Shown here piece by piece: positions 36,801-48,287 of a stretch of DNA of 50,883 nt. The translations under genes were made by a program, and so were the position numbers. The stretch is from Balamuthia mandrillaris (lineage: Eukaryota). Positions within the stretch are counted from its first letter, which is position 1, and every line of letters starts with the position of its first letter. The DNA lies in the NCBI GenBank assembly GCA_031835245.2, contig JAVKOQ020000100.1:124001-174883 (forward strand). The letters run 5' to 3'. A model generated the notes under the pieces. It worked only from the letters and a program-made list of their open reading frames with translations, was not told the DNA's origin and did not search any database.

Positions 36801-37472
36801 GACATACTGGCAAGGACATTACGCAAAAGAGGAGCAGAAGAGGCAGCAGTTGGTATCATTACAGAGTGGTACCGTGGTATGACGAGTGTTATTCACATGA
36901 ATGGGCAGCTCTCGGAGGAATTTCTGGTGGAAAGAGGAGTGAAGCAAGGAGGAGTTTTGTCTCCATTCTTGTTCAATGTATACATCGATGTGGTGGCAAG
37001 AAAGCTACAAGCAGCAGAGGAGAAGGAAAGAGGAAATAAAGCAAGGAATGTTTGCTTGTTGTTTGCAAATGACTTGGCAGTGGTGGCCAGCAATCCGTTT
37101 GAGCTTCAGAGAAGATTGAATGTAGCAGTGAAGGCAGTGAATGCTCTGGGACTTCAGTTCAATGCAAAGAAATCAGTGGTGCTAGTACAAGGAAAGAAGG
37201 CTCATTTTCAAGAGTGGAGACTCAAGGGGGAGGCTGTGAAACGTGTGAAGGAGGCCAAGTACCTGGGACTGTGGTTTGAAGAAAGTGGGGAATGGACAAC
37301 TCATGCCAAGGAGAGGATCACCAAGGCCAAGCAAGCCCTCTACAGCCTTAGGCAGCGGGGAGCCATTGCCCAAGGGAGTAAGAGAAGTAAGAGTACACTA
37401 TGTATATACAATGCTTACTTTTTATGTATAGATTGGTGTTGCTCTCAGAGCAAATAAACTTTTATTACTACT
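33801..37472 (+). mobile_element. Second, mutated LINE copy with an intact 5' end, two internal deletions and a TAC tail
   Basis: Begins GAAAAAAATG like copy 1. ORF1 and ORF2 homology with many stops. Deletions near 35233 and 37375. Ends TTTATTACTAC. Confidence 0.92.
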
Positions 37473-37976
37473 AAGCATTGTACATACATAGTGTACTCTT
37501 ACTTCTCTTACTCCCTCATCCTCAATGCCTTCCCAATTGTTATTCAAATTCACAAGTGAAAGGTGTTGAATGAGATTTCGGACTTACTTTGTATCATCTA
37601 GCTATCCTATTTTTTCCCTTTCCTTTCTTCTCTATTCCTTGCTATTACATTACTTCCAAAGATTGATATAATGCAGAAGAACTTCCATGCTTCCAACTTG
37701 CTCTTGCTGCCCATAATCTCCAGACTCGTTTACAACTTTGCTTACATTGTTCCATCTCTTGAGCTCTATTGCATTTCTTTCCACTTGACAGGAGCTTTGT
37801 TGTACAATCTTCTATAATCAGCTTTCTGACTTGTTCTTCATTTCCATTGTCCACACTCCAGATTCTAAAGTGATCTTCCCAAAGATTTGGACGCCTTAAC
37901 AGAAAGTGTTCTGCTGTCTCTTCCTCAGTATCACATGCAGGGCACTTGCTATCCTCCTCAGACTGCTGAATGGCTC
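37473..37976 (-). mobile_element. 5'-truncated LINE copy, tail-to-tail with copy 2, lacking its terminal ~60 bp
   Basis: Matches 25860-26359 of copy 1 in the same orientation. Confidence 0.88.
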
Positions 37977-37991
37977 AACTTTATGAAGGTA

Positions 37992-38260
37992 AGTTTTTCT
38001 TGGTGAGGTGGATGAACCAGGATTTGGTTGTAGAACCAGATGAGGCCCAAACATGTAGCCCATTCAAGAACCTTGGTGTCCTTGATAGAGTACTTATCAA
38101 CAGTGAGGAGAGGGTTAATGCTGCCAGAGTCAATACAGATCCTGACTTTTGACCATTTCCTATGTTCAGCCTTTTTGAGGACTGGAAAGACAGGAGAATT
38201 TCACTGGCAATTGAACAGTGCAATGATGCTATATCAAGCCACTTCATGAGATGCCTAAAA
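37992..38260 (-). pseudogene. Ty3/gypsy RT N-terminal relic; continues at 33787 after removing the LINE insert
   Basis: CQ*NSPVFPVLKK..KVRICID..INPLL..DKY..YNQILVHPPHQEKLTF. Confidence 0.7.
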
Positions 38261-39788
38261 ACCAAGTTGTGATACACCTGGGAAATGATGTACTCTTTGT
38301 GAAAAACAGGCATCAATGGTATTCAAGTAAATTATGCTGTCTAGAAGGAAGCTACTAGGGCCATGGGACACTTGCTGGTTGCATTGATGCATGTCATAGA
38401 TGACTTAAGCAATCTTTTAAGCAGTGGAAACCCAACATAATGAGCTTTACTAGAGATATTCAAGTCATCTTTTCATTTGCTAGAAAGAAAATAATGCATG
38501 CTGCCGAAACTGTGATATCTGTGCCTAGTTGGAGTTGAGTGCTGCATGCTGGTTTATATCAATAACCAGGATGCCAAGGCGCTAAGCACTTACAAGGTCT
38601 GCTTGTTGGAGGATGGAGAATGTCCTGACACATACAAGGCTCATACTTTGGTTTCTAACCCCTTTTTCCTGTGAATATACCCAGAGTCACTTATGTGCCA
38701 TTCCTTTCTTGATTTGACACCTTTTCAATGAAAAATTATCCAAAAAATTTGGCTCTCAATCTCACCCAAAATTTACTCTCCCAATTTTTGGACAATTTTC
38801 CCCATCTCATACCCCTTGTCATTGGAAAATTGTCATTTGCAGGATTTATCTCTTATCAATAGAATGAGCTAGGCTGTACAGCACCATACAGTACAACCAT
38901 CGTTAGCTACTGAGTAAAAGGCAAGGGAAAGTGTTGAAAATACTTAGTTACTTTACGCCTTTTATTTTCCCTTTTTTCCTCATGACACATTCAAAGCACA
39001 CACTTTGGTCCACACCTCTTTTCCTGTTAATGAACCCGGAGTCACTTACATGCCATCCCTTTCTTGATCCACAGGGTTAATCCCCCATCAACAATCTCCA
39101 CAACTTAGGTCTGCTGCTGAAAGACTTCCACAGAGGGCGTGACCCAGCTGGTGGAAATGGAGCACGTGCTGGGGTTTGTCTTCCAAGAGACCTCAAAGGT
39201 GCTGGACATGAGACCCACCACAGTGGACCTTGGTCACGTCAAGCCAACAACAAGGACTGGGGATGGACCAGCTACCCTCTGGGACAACAACAGGGTGGCC
39301 ACTGTGACCCTGGACTCTTAGCAACACAAGGAGCAGCTCTTCCTTAAGCAAAAAGTGCAAAAGGGTGAGGTCATCACACCTCAACTGAAGGAAGAGCATA
39401 CCAAGCAAAGAAAGTGCTGGAGGAAGAGAAAGCCAAGAGGCTGAGACATACTATGGAGGAGGGCAACCAATGCTAGACTTTTGGCAAGTTTGCCCACTAC
39501 TGTGGTCTCCAAGAAGTTGGGATAAGAGAGCGTATAGGAGATAAAACCGAGTGGATAAGAGAGTAGATAAGCGAGAGAGCAAGACCTATCAACGACGAAT
39601 AATCCTGCAACCACTACGGTTTTATCTCTTTTACACTCTCGCATTAAAAATCTCTTTGTGTCCCATAATATAAAGATGTTAACAATTGAATTGCTCAGTT
39701 TCCGCACAACCCCAACTCGCTTCGCTCTCTTTGTCTCTTGATCTTGCACCACTCATACCCTTCACATCCTTCCCCCAGAGAGAGGAAG

Positions 39789-42366
39789 ATGGCGGACCCT
39801 TTGACCCTCCTTAGAGAATTTACCATTGCCAAAAAGCCTGTTATCCTCTCCGGGGATGACCTGGTGTTCGATGGGGTGCGATTTCCTCGCTCGGTGGACA
39901 CGAATTTCAACTCTCTGCGAGGGCGAGGACCACCCTATCCTTTGGATGCCTGTTGGTTCATGCTACTCAACCAGGACAAGAAACACGCTGACTACTTGAT
40001 GGAAGCCAACAAGCGTAAGTTCAGCAAGATCTCGCTGGTTGATAAAAAGGACCTGGTGGACTACTTGACGGGTCGCATCCAAACTTGCCCCTCCATCAAC
40101 ACAGACCTTGCTTTTGGGCCAGCTGCAGTGGCGGCACCTTCCTCTGCCTCTGATGAGGCTGCTTCCAGCTCTTCTTTTTCAACGGCTAAAGGGGAACTGA
40201 AGAGGGACGCTTCGGTCCTCCTCCCCTCCACGGACGCTCCTCACGGCGCCCTCACTGCAAACAAAGCGGCAAAAAGAATGAAACTGGAGGTTCTGCCTCC
40301 TCAAGACCTTCAACTAGATGAAGAACTTCAAAGGTCCAAGCGTTTGGTGGCTCGACATCTGGAGCAGCCTAAAGTTAGGGCCAGTGCTATTTCTGCCATT
40401 TCTGAACCTTCTCCGTACGACCTCACTGTCTTGCTCTTGCTCTTGCTCTTGCTCTTGCTCTTGCTCTTGCTCTTGCTCTTGCTCTTGCTCTTGCTCTTGC
40501 TCTTGCTCTTGCTCTTGCTCTTGCTCTTGCTCTTGCTCTTGCTCTTGCTCTTGCTCTTGCTCTTGCTCTTGCTCTTGCTTTGCTCTTGCTCTTGCTCCAC
40601 ATCCTTCCTTCCAATGACAGGCACTGTTTTGGAGGTTCTGCTTATTGATGGTTCGTTCGTGCGCATTTTAACATGATAAAACAGGGAACTGTTAGGGTCC
40701 GGCATGACTACCGACAAGCTTATGGAAATCAAGACCAAGCTGCTCAAAAACAGGCGCACAAAAATAGAAGGCGATGAAGAGGACATTGAGGAAAAAATTA
40801 AACAGGTTCCTCTCCCTCTCCTTCCCACTCTTCTTCGTGTTCACTCTCATGCCTATCTTCTCCATTTTCCTTTGCAGGACAAACCAAGTTATGTGGAAGC
40901 AGATGCTTCTGTTACCCAGTCAATTGTGAACAGGGAGCGGATCATTCGCAATCGTTCCACTATTCTGCAGAGTGACACCAAGGTTTGTATTGCCGCTTTT
41001 CTTATCACCGCTCGGCCACAAGCTAACATTCATATCCTTGTTTAGCGTTTTACAGATCTTATTCAGTTCGCGACCGAGTTTTTCCAGAAAGAACGAGAAC
41101 GCAAGAAGGCAAAACAACACAGAAAGGTACAACAGATTAAGACCTCCACTCATGACCGCTACAATATCAACGAGTCACAGTTTTGGAAGGCTAAGCTTGG
41201 GCCTGAAAATGGTCCGTAGTCACTCAGCACAAACACTCCCTATTACTGATGCTCACACATTTTATTGCCTTATTTAGCAGCGGATTGGAACATCAACACA
41301 ACTGGAAGCTTTACAGGTCCTACAGGTGGACTTTCGATGGAAGCTCTTCGCCTTAAAGGAGCAGAGGAAATAGAAAAGGGTAAAGAAGCAGAGGGAAGCA
41401 AAGAAAAAGCAAACGAGCAAGAGAAACATAAAGGGATTGCTAAACCTGCAGAACACGAGCGTAGAGGAAAGCTAGTCGCTGCTCAAGATCAAGAAAGGGC
41501 GGTTTCCGTGCCAAGCGGTACTGAAAGCGGGCTTACTACACACTCTACATCTACGCCCCACAAACGTGAGTATCGAGAATTTAGTCCCACAGACCGTCTG
41601 ACATTACTAACCTCCATTGTTTTTTTTAACACCAAAAGGAGCACCCATCATCATCATACCCTCTGCCCTTACTTCTCTCTTGACTGTGTACAATGTGCGT
41701 GAGTTTTTGGAACAAGGTGTTTTCGTGCCCTCTGTGGATAAGAAGCAGCAAGGAGAATCTCGTGAATGCCCCAAGATTGTGCACAGGCCAAAATCAGCAA
41801 CAAGATACGACCTGCCAACAGTGTTTCACGTCACAGATAATCCCTCCAAGCTCTCCACCAGTGACTGGTACAATTTCCCAACTTCTTTCTTTATTTATTT
41901 ATTTATTTATCATGTCCTTGAATTTAACGGGATGTGCCCTTATAGGAATAGAGTAGTTGCTGTGTTTGCGCTTGGCCCTGCCTGGCAGTTCAAAAGCTGG
42001 AAGTGGTCGGATCCTGTGGAATTGTTTGCAAATGGTATTCTTGTAGCGCCCCTGTTCTTTCATTTCCTCCTCCCCGGATGGACTACTCACATGCTGCTGC
42101 TTTACACTATGATTCCTCCTCGCAGTGCGTGGCTTTTACCTGGGCTTTGAGGATAGCCAAGTGCCTCCCAGTGTTAAGTCTTGGAATGTAAAAATCCTGA
42201 AAGTCTGTATTGTGTTTCCTATTGTCTCTCCTCCATGGCTGACCTCGCTTTTATTTGGCAGATATCCAAGCACAAAAGGCACCTTGACAGCACTGCCTAT
42301 CTATCCTTTTGGAACGAGCTTGAGACTTGGCTGCAAAGCAAAAAGGCCCGACAATTGTCCCATTAA
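39789..42366 (+). CDS. CDC73: PAF1 complex subunit CDC73/parafibromin, multi-exon
   Basis: MADPLTLLREF..DKKDLVDYLTG N-terminal domain. IVNRERIIRNRSTILQ. C-terminal PIIIIPSALTSLLTVYNVREFLEQG, VVAVFALGPAWQFKSWKW and ISKHKRHLD. Confidence 0.93.
40431..40598. repeat. (TTGCTC)n microsatellite in CDC73 intron 40415-40684
   Basis: Near-perfect hexamer array seen directly. Confidence 0.95.
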
Positions 42367-42550
42367 CTTTTCACCTTCTTATGCAGAGAGGGAGAGAGAG
42401 AGTGAGAGAGAACGAATCTGGGAGGAATGTTCTAAACTCCGTGCATATTCAAATTTTTATTAAAAATTATAATAATACTAATAAATAAAAATAAATAATC
42501 AACAAAGATCGCAGAGACAAAGGGGGAAAATGTTGTTATCTTGGTTTTGT

Positions 42551-43927
42551 CTACTCCTGCGGGCTTTCACTAGAAGTGCCGCTACTGTGGGTGGAGAAGG
42601 GAAAGGAGGAAGAGAAAGAGGGAGAGAAGCCTGATGGTGCACCATCACCAGTAGTAGAGGAGGTGTTGTACTCTAAAAATCCAAGGTCCGAAGCCACAAA
42701 GTCTTTGTAGAAGGCATCAATCCGCTGTAATTCCAGTCGATGGGGACAGTAGGAGCAAGAGCATCCACCGTCATTCCCACTGCTACCGGCAAGCAAACTT
42801 CCTTCTTTGCTGTGCTTGAGAGAGCGCTTAGCTCCACCGCAGCCACTTGTATGGTGAGACTTGGGGGTAGAGCAGAGGCCCCGGAAGAGCTCGGACAGTT
42901 GCTCCGTCTCCTTGGCGGAGCATGTTTTAGCAACCCGGTGTATCTTGGCGGGCTTGTCTTCGGGGTGTAAGCTTTGAAAGGCGGAGAGGAATTGGACAAA
43001 GGCAGAAAGGAATTGATCTTGCGGGGTGGGGCTGCTCCTTGCGGGGGGCCGCCGTTGAGTTGCTGTTGTGTCCAAACTCGAACGGGCCGTTGTGGAGGAG
43101 GACGAAGAGGAGGATTGTATGAGCTCCATAGAAACGGGGCACTTGGCGAAAACTTTTTGTCGTTTGAGGGGGCGGTCCAAGGGAAGGCTTGGGATCTGTG
43201 CGGCAGCCAAGTCTCGTCGAGCAAGCAGGGCCTCTATTTGTTGGTGTTGTGCCTTCTGTTGGGCTTCAATTCTCTGTGCCGTTTCGACAAGGAGGTCGTT
43301 TAGGCTGCGCTTCTTCACGGGTTTTCGTTTTTTGAGCTGTTTGGGCTTGGAAATGACCTTAATGGGTTCGGAGAGAACCTCGAGCGGAGGAAGAAGAGGT
43401 CGCTTAGTCTTCGGATCTAGGACCCGCATGCGCACGCGGAAGAACATATCCTCGTGCTGACTGGTGAGCACTTTGATCTTGGTGTTCAACCAGAGCTGGT
43501 TGCCCTGCTCGTTGACAGTGGGCTTGCAGTCCACAGGCTTGGTCTTGATAAAACTTACTGGCTTGAACGTGTCGTTGTCATAGAGGAGAGTCACGTCCAA
43601 GGGAAGGTGGTGGAAGTCAAGGTACTGCCCGTTTACGGCCAGAGGGCTCGTCAGACCCAACTGCAGCACGAAAGGAGTGTTCTTGACGACCACATAGACG
43701 TTCTTGAGGAGACCGTTCTTTGAGATTTGCTCTTGGCTCTGCGAGGTTTGCCGTAGGAGGTTGAGCTGCAACGCAGCAGAGGCTGCGCCAGTTGTTGAGT
43801 GGCTGTGTAGGGGAGAGGAGGAGGTCTCCGCTGCCGTGGGAAGCACTGGGGAGAGCGGGAAAAATGTGCTCAGCTGTGCCAGGGGCATTTGTGTGGCGGT
43901 CATGCCAGCTGCTGCTAAGGGGTCCAT
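42551..43927 (-). CDS. CudA-family (amoebozoan) transcription factor, intronless
   Basis: VVVKNTPF..TLLYD..KPVSFIKTKPV..KIKVLTSQHEDMFFRV..SEPIKVISKP core and a C-terminal CSCSYCPHRLELQRIDAFY motif, recognised as CudA-like. Confidence 0.8.
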   Translation of the reverse strand: MDPLAAAGMTATQMPLAQLSTFFPLSPVLPTAAETSSSPLHSHSTTGAASAALQLNLLRQTSQSQEQISKNGLLKNVYVVVKNTPFVLQLGLTSPLAVNGQYLDFHHLPLDVTLLYDNDTFKPVSFIKTKPVDCKPTVNEQGNQLWLNTKIKVLTSQHEDMFFRVRMRVLDPKTKRPLLPPLEVLSEPIKVISKPKQLKKRKPVKKRSLNDLLVETAQRIEAQQKAQHQQIEALLARRDLAAAQIPSLPLDRPLKRQKVFAKCPVSMELIQSSSSSSSTTARSSLDTTATQRRPPARSSPTPQDQFLSAFVQFLSAFQSLHPEDKPAKIHRVAKTCSAKETEQLSELFRGLCSTPKSHHTSGCGGAKRSLKHSKEGSLLAGSSGNDGGCSCSYCPHRLELQRIDAFYKDFVASDLGFLEYNTSSTTGDGAPSGFSPSFSSSFPFSTHSSGTSSESPQE

Positions 43928-44575
43928 GGTCTTAGTTGGGGCGTGTTAACTTGCTCGAGTCAAGGAGGGAAACCAGGAAGGAAGCGAAAATGCAAGGAAA
44001 GACCTCCCTGCTGCTGTTGCCGTGCCTGTTGTGAGGGGGAAATTTTGAGTGGTTGGTTTTTTGTGGCCCACCACCCAACGAAAAGAAAGAAAGAAAGAGA
44101 AAGAAAGGACACACTTGACACACAATAGAGCAGGCGAAACACCCTCCACAGAACCAATGGGGGGAATCTACGGGGAATTAAAAAGTGGAAAACGCTTGCG
44201 GCTTTTCTAAGTCGACAAAAATTTATCGCTTCGCGAGATGTTTTCCTTTCGTGCTGCCTCTGACGTCATATGCCGATCGCGAAAATTCGGGCATTTGCGA
44301 GAAGAGGAAAAGGAAAAGTAAGGGGCAGGCAGGCAGGCAGGCAGAGGGGGGCGGTTGACCGAAAACAGGCACGTGGTCTCCATAGGCACAGAGGAAAAGG
44401 AGGAGGAAGAAGTTGCCAACAACAACTCTGCCCCCCTGTCAGCAAGCCCCTTGCCCTGCTATTTGCCCTATTCCCTCTTTTATTATTTCCTCACCTTCGA
44501 AGAAGAAGTAGAAAAGCATTAAGAGAGAGAAAGAAGAACAAGAGGAGAAGGAGCAGCAGCAAAACAAAAAGATAA

Positions 44576-47500
44576 ATGCTGGGTAATTACGGTTCTTCTT
44601 CGGACGGCAGATTGGCTTTTGTGGCGGCCTCGCACGACCCGCTACTTAATCCTGAGCAAGCGGAGCACTCCCGGCGTGAAGATCTTCCCCAAAGACAAAC
44701 ACGCAGGGCCCTAATAACCGAAGAGGAGGAAGAAGAGGAAGAGGAGGGAGATGGAAGACCTCGCAATGCCTCCGAGGAAGGAGCAGGAGTGTCCCTCCTC
44801 AGAGAATTCACTCTGAGCGAGTTCTGGGATGCGGAGGACCAACACCAGCTTCAAGAAAAAAGGGGGATTGATATGAGTTGTTCCGGCACACAGAAAAGTA
44901 GCACCCCCCTCACCATCGGAGGCAAACCCAAACCCAAGCACTACGACTCTACCCAAAGATTGCTCGCCAAGATAAAGGGCTGGAAGGACGAGCTCATGGA
45001 AAGCGTGCGCAAGATTGACAAAGATCTGAACGAAGAAGCTCACGAACGATCCCGCGAACTTTCTGATGGTTCTGCAGAACTGCTAAACCAATTCAAGGAC
45101 CAATTCCTCTCCACCAAAGAAGTATGCGAAGTGGTGTTGGACCCAAAGTATCAAGGCAACTGCCTAGGCGCCGATATGAACAAGCTCGCTTGTGACACGC
45201 TTCTCTCTCGGGCTCCCGACGCTTGGAAGAGTGCTGTCATCGACAGCGTACCACAAAATATGGAGCAGGTCATCAGTTTGTCGAACAACATGCTGGAGGA
45301 ATGCTTCGAGGAAGAGGAGGAAGACGAACTCTCCAGAGAACCATCTGCGGACGGCGTTGACCCTGCCATGTTCGCGCCCTCACGTGGCGGTGAATCGGTC
45401 CAGCTTCATAAGTTTTTCGAGGTGAGGCCTATCACATTTCATCTACTTGTGTTATTGTCGAGCCGATATCTAATGCTATCCCTTGTTTCTTTCTTGTGTC
45501 GTTTATTGTGGTGTTGAAACATAGATGTACAAATCCTCCAGGGAGAGAATGTTGCGCTCGCGCATGGAGAGCCTGAAGAAAAAAATCGAGGCCCACACTT
45601 CGGAACTTGTAGAAGATGCCTGCAAGACAGCCCTCACAAGTCAGGTTCTCAGCCAAGCAAATCGCATCAGTGGAAACACGCAAACATACCACAAGTTCGT
45701 GGAGGGGACGCTGCCCCAGGTTCCCTTAGAGGCTGCCAAGAATATCAGGAAACGCTTCTCCGAGTTGGTGGGCCAAGCCATGGGTGAAATCGATGAGATG
45801 CAATCTGAAGTTCTCAACCAGAAAGAAAACTATTCCAATCTGGTCAATAAGTTACGGGATATGCTCATCCAAGAGCCTCAAGCAAAACGGTATAGAGCAT
45901 CCACGCTGGATGATGGGTGCTCTTCTTCTTCTGGCGGGCGGAGCTCGGACACGGCGGCCTCTCCTCCAGACTCTTCTCTCAGCTTGGGAAATCACAGGCG
46001 GCGATCAAAGGGTCCTGCCCCTTCCGCCGTTCTGCGCCGTGCTTCGTTTGCGGCTCCCCAACTGCGACGAGTGTGCCCTGTGCCTAAGCTCGCTCACCTT
46101 TGTGTAGCGACATGCGCCACCTATGCGGACTACCTTCCGGACATTCCGGAGGGGTGCCTCCCAGAGGAGTTGACCCAAAATCTGTTAGATCTTCTCATCC
46201 TTCAAAACAGATTGAACGATGAGATACTTCAAAAGCTGCTGAACCCCTGCATATTGTCGCTAAGCTTGAAACGGTGGGACGCATTGGATATCTCCTCCTG
46301 CCAACTGATACTCTCCCAGTGTCCGCGACTGCGCTGCCTGGACCTCTCTCACTCCAATGGGCTTACGGATGATTGCGTACGAGCCATTGCAAAGAACGCT
46401 AGTCATCTACAAAGCGTTAACTTTTCCTCTTGCCCCAAGATTACCGACCGCTCTGTCTGCGAGCTACTCTTTCGCTGCTCCCGCAATTTGCGAGAAATAT
46501 CGTTCCACAAGTGCCATCAGCTGACCGACGCCGCTTTTCAGCATATTTCTGACTGTTGGAAGCTGAGCAGCGTTGACCTCAGCAAATGCCCTCGCATTAC
46601 CGACAAGACCCTCAGTGGATTGGGACGTTGCCACCAACTGCGGAGACTTTATATGTGCGGCAAAGGCATAACCGATAATGGCATATTCTCCTTGGTAGTG
46701 CCCCTCGCTTATCAACAGCAACAGTCAACAAACCAAGGAGCCCATACCCCCACCTCCTCTCTCTTTTCCAGCCCTCCTCACCTCTCTTCTTCTCCCTCTT
46801 CTACTGTTGGTGTCTCGCCCTTCGTATTCTCTCCTCCTCTGGCCTCTCCCAATTCTCTCTTCAGCAACACCCGATTTAAGCTGCAAAATGCCTCGAGAGG
46901 TCTGGAGCATCTCTCCCTGATCAACGCGGAGATTACCGATAAAAGCGTGCATGCTCTCATCTTCTATTGTCCTTCCTTGCGCCATCTGGACCTTACGCAT
47001 TGCAAGCATCTCACTGACTCTGCCTTCCTCCTCAACGACTGTTTCAACTCGGAGGATATCCAAGCGCTGTTTGGCAGCGATGAAAATTCTCTTTTTGCGC
47101 CGAGGAATACCACATCCTCCTCTACCACTTCCTCCTTCGTTGTGCCTTTTGGAGGACGAGCACACGATAACACCAGCTGTAGTTCTCCTCCTACCCACTT
47201 CTCGCCAATCGGACATCGTTCCCTCCACAAGCACCGCCATTGCGTTTCTGCCTCCCCAGCCACCACTTCTACTTCCACATCATCCTCATGTTCCCCAATA
47301 GGGGGCGAGACTTCCTACAATGGCAGCGCGCCCGCCTATAGGCTCTACAAGCTTGAATCCTTGAACCTAACCCACTGCCTCAACATCGGCAACTCTACGG
47401 TACGACAGATCGCCAAATACTCGCCGAATGTACATAGTCTAGATCTGAGCACCTGCGAAGAGATAACGGACAGTGCCCTGCTGTTTCTGGGCAACCGGTG

Positions 47501-48287
47501 CAAGAACCTTCGCAAGCTATCCCTCTCTCGGTGTAGACGAGTAACGGACAAGGCCCTTGTGCAAATCCTGAAAAGCACGGGACAAACCTTGCAGTCCCTC
47601 AGCTTGCAAGGCTGTCCGCTTATCACCCAGCAAACCATTATGGCCATCGCCGAGCATTGCCCCAACCTGCTCAAGCTGGACTTGAGCTGGTGCAAATGTA
47701 TCACGGACGAAGCGCTCGTTGAGTTGGTACAGGGCTGCCCAAGGTTAGAAGTGTTTATGGCAGAAGAGGCCTCCCTTTCGGAGCGTGGCGTGATGGAGCT
47801 TTGCCACCTGCCTCGCCTTCGCCGCCTTAATCTGGCCTACTGCTCCCAGCTGAGCGATGCTTGCCTCGTTGCCCTCTCTCGCGGCTGCCCCGCCCTCCTC
47901 AAAGCCGATTTCTCCTACTGCAACAACGCTATGATAACATTCGAGGGTCTCCAGGAGGCGATCTCCTCTTGGGACTTGCTCTCCACCCTTACTCTCCGCG
48001 GCTGCAACTTCATCACTCTCCATTCTATCCATCACCCCAATCTGAAGACCTTAAACCTTTCCTGGTGCAAGAACCTGCAAGACAGTGCTTTGGAAGGATT
48101 GCCCAGAGGATGCCCTCAACTGCGTTCCATCGACTTGGCCTGGTGCAGCAAGATCGGTGGCACTGCTGTGCATCAGCTGGCCCGCCATGCCCCTAACCTT
48201 CATACCTTCAACCTCAGAAAGTGCAGCAACATCCCTTCCCTCACCATCAAATTCCTTGCCAAAGCTGGCAAAACCGTTTATCGATAA
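44576..48287 (+). CDS. Cysteine-containing LRR protein (FBXL/AMN1-like repeats) with N-terminal helical region and BC-box-like motif; intron 45422-45524
   Basis: Many LxxLxLxxCxxITD repeats in two blocks, preceded by VPKLAHLCV..LPEELTQNLL. Confidence 0.8.

Noticed and set aside
40328..40828. Poly-SK, poly-AR and poly-L ORFs (similar ones at 10566-10895)
   Set aside because: Translations of intronic microsatellites.
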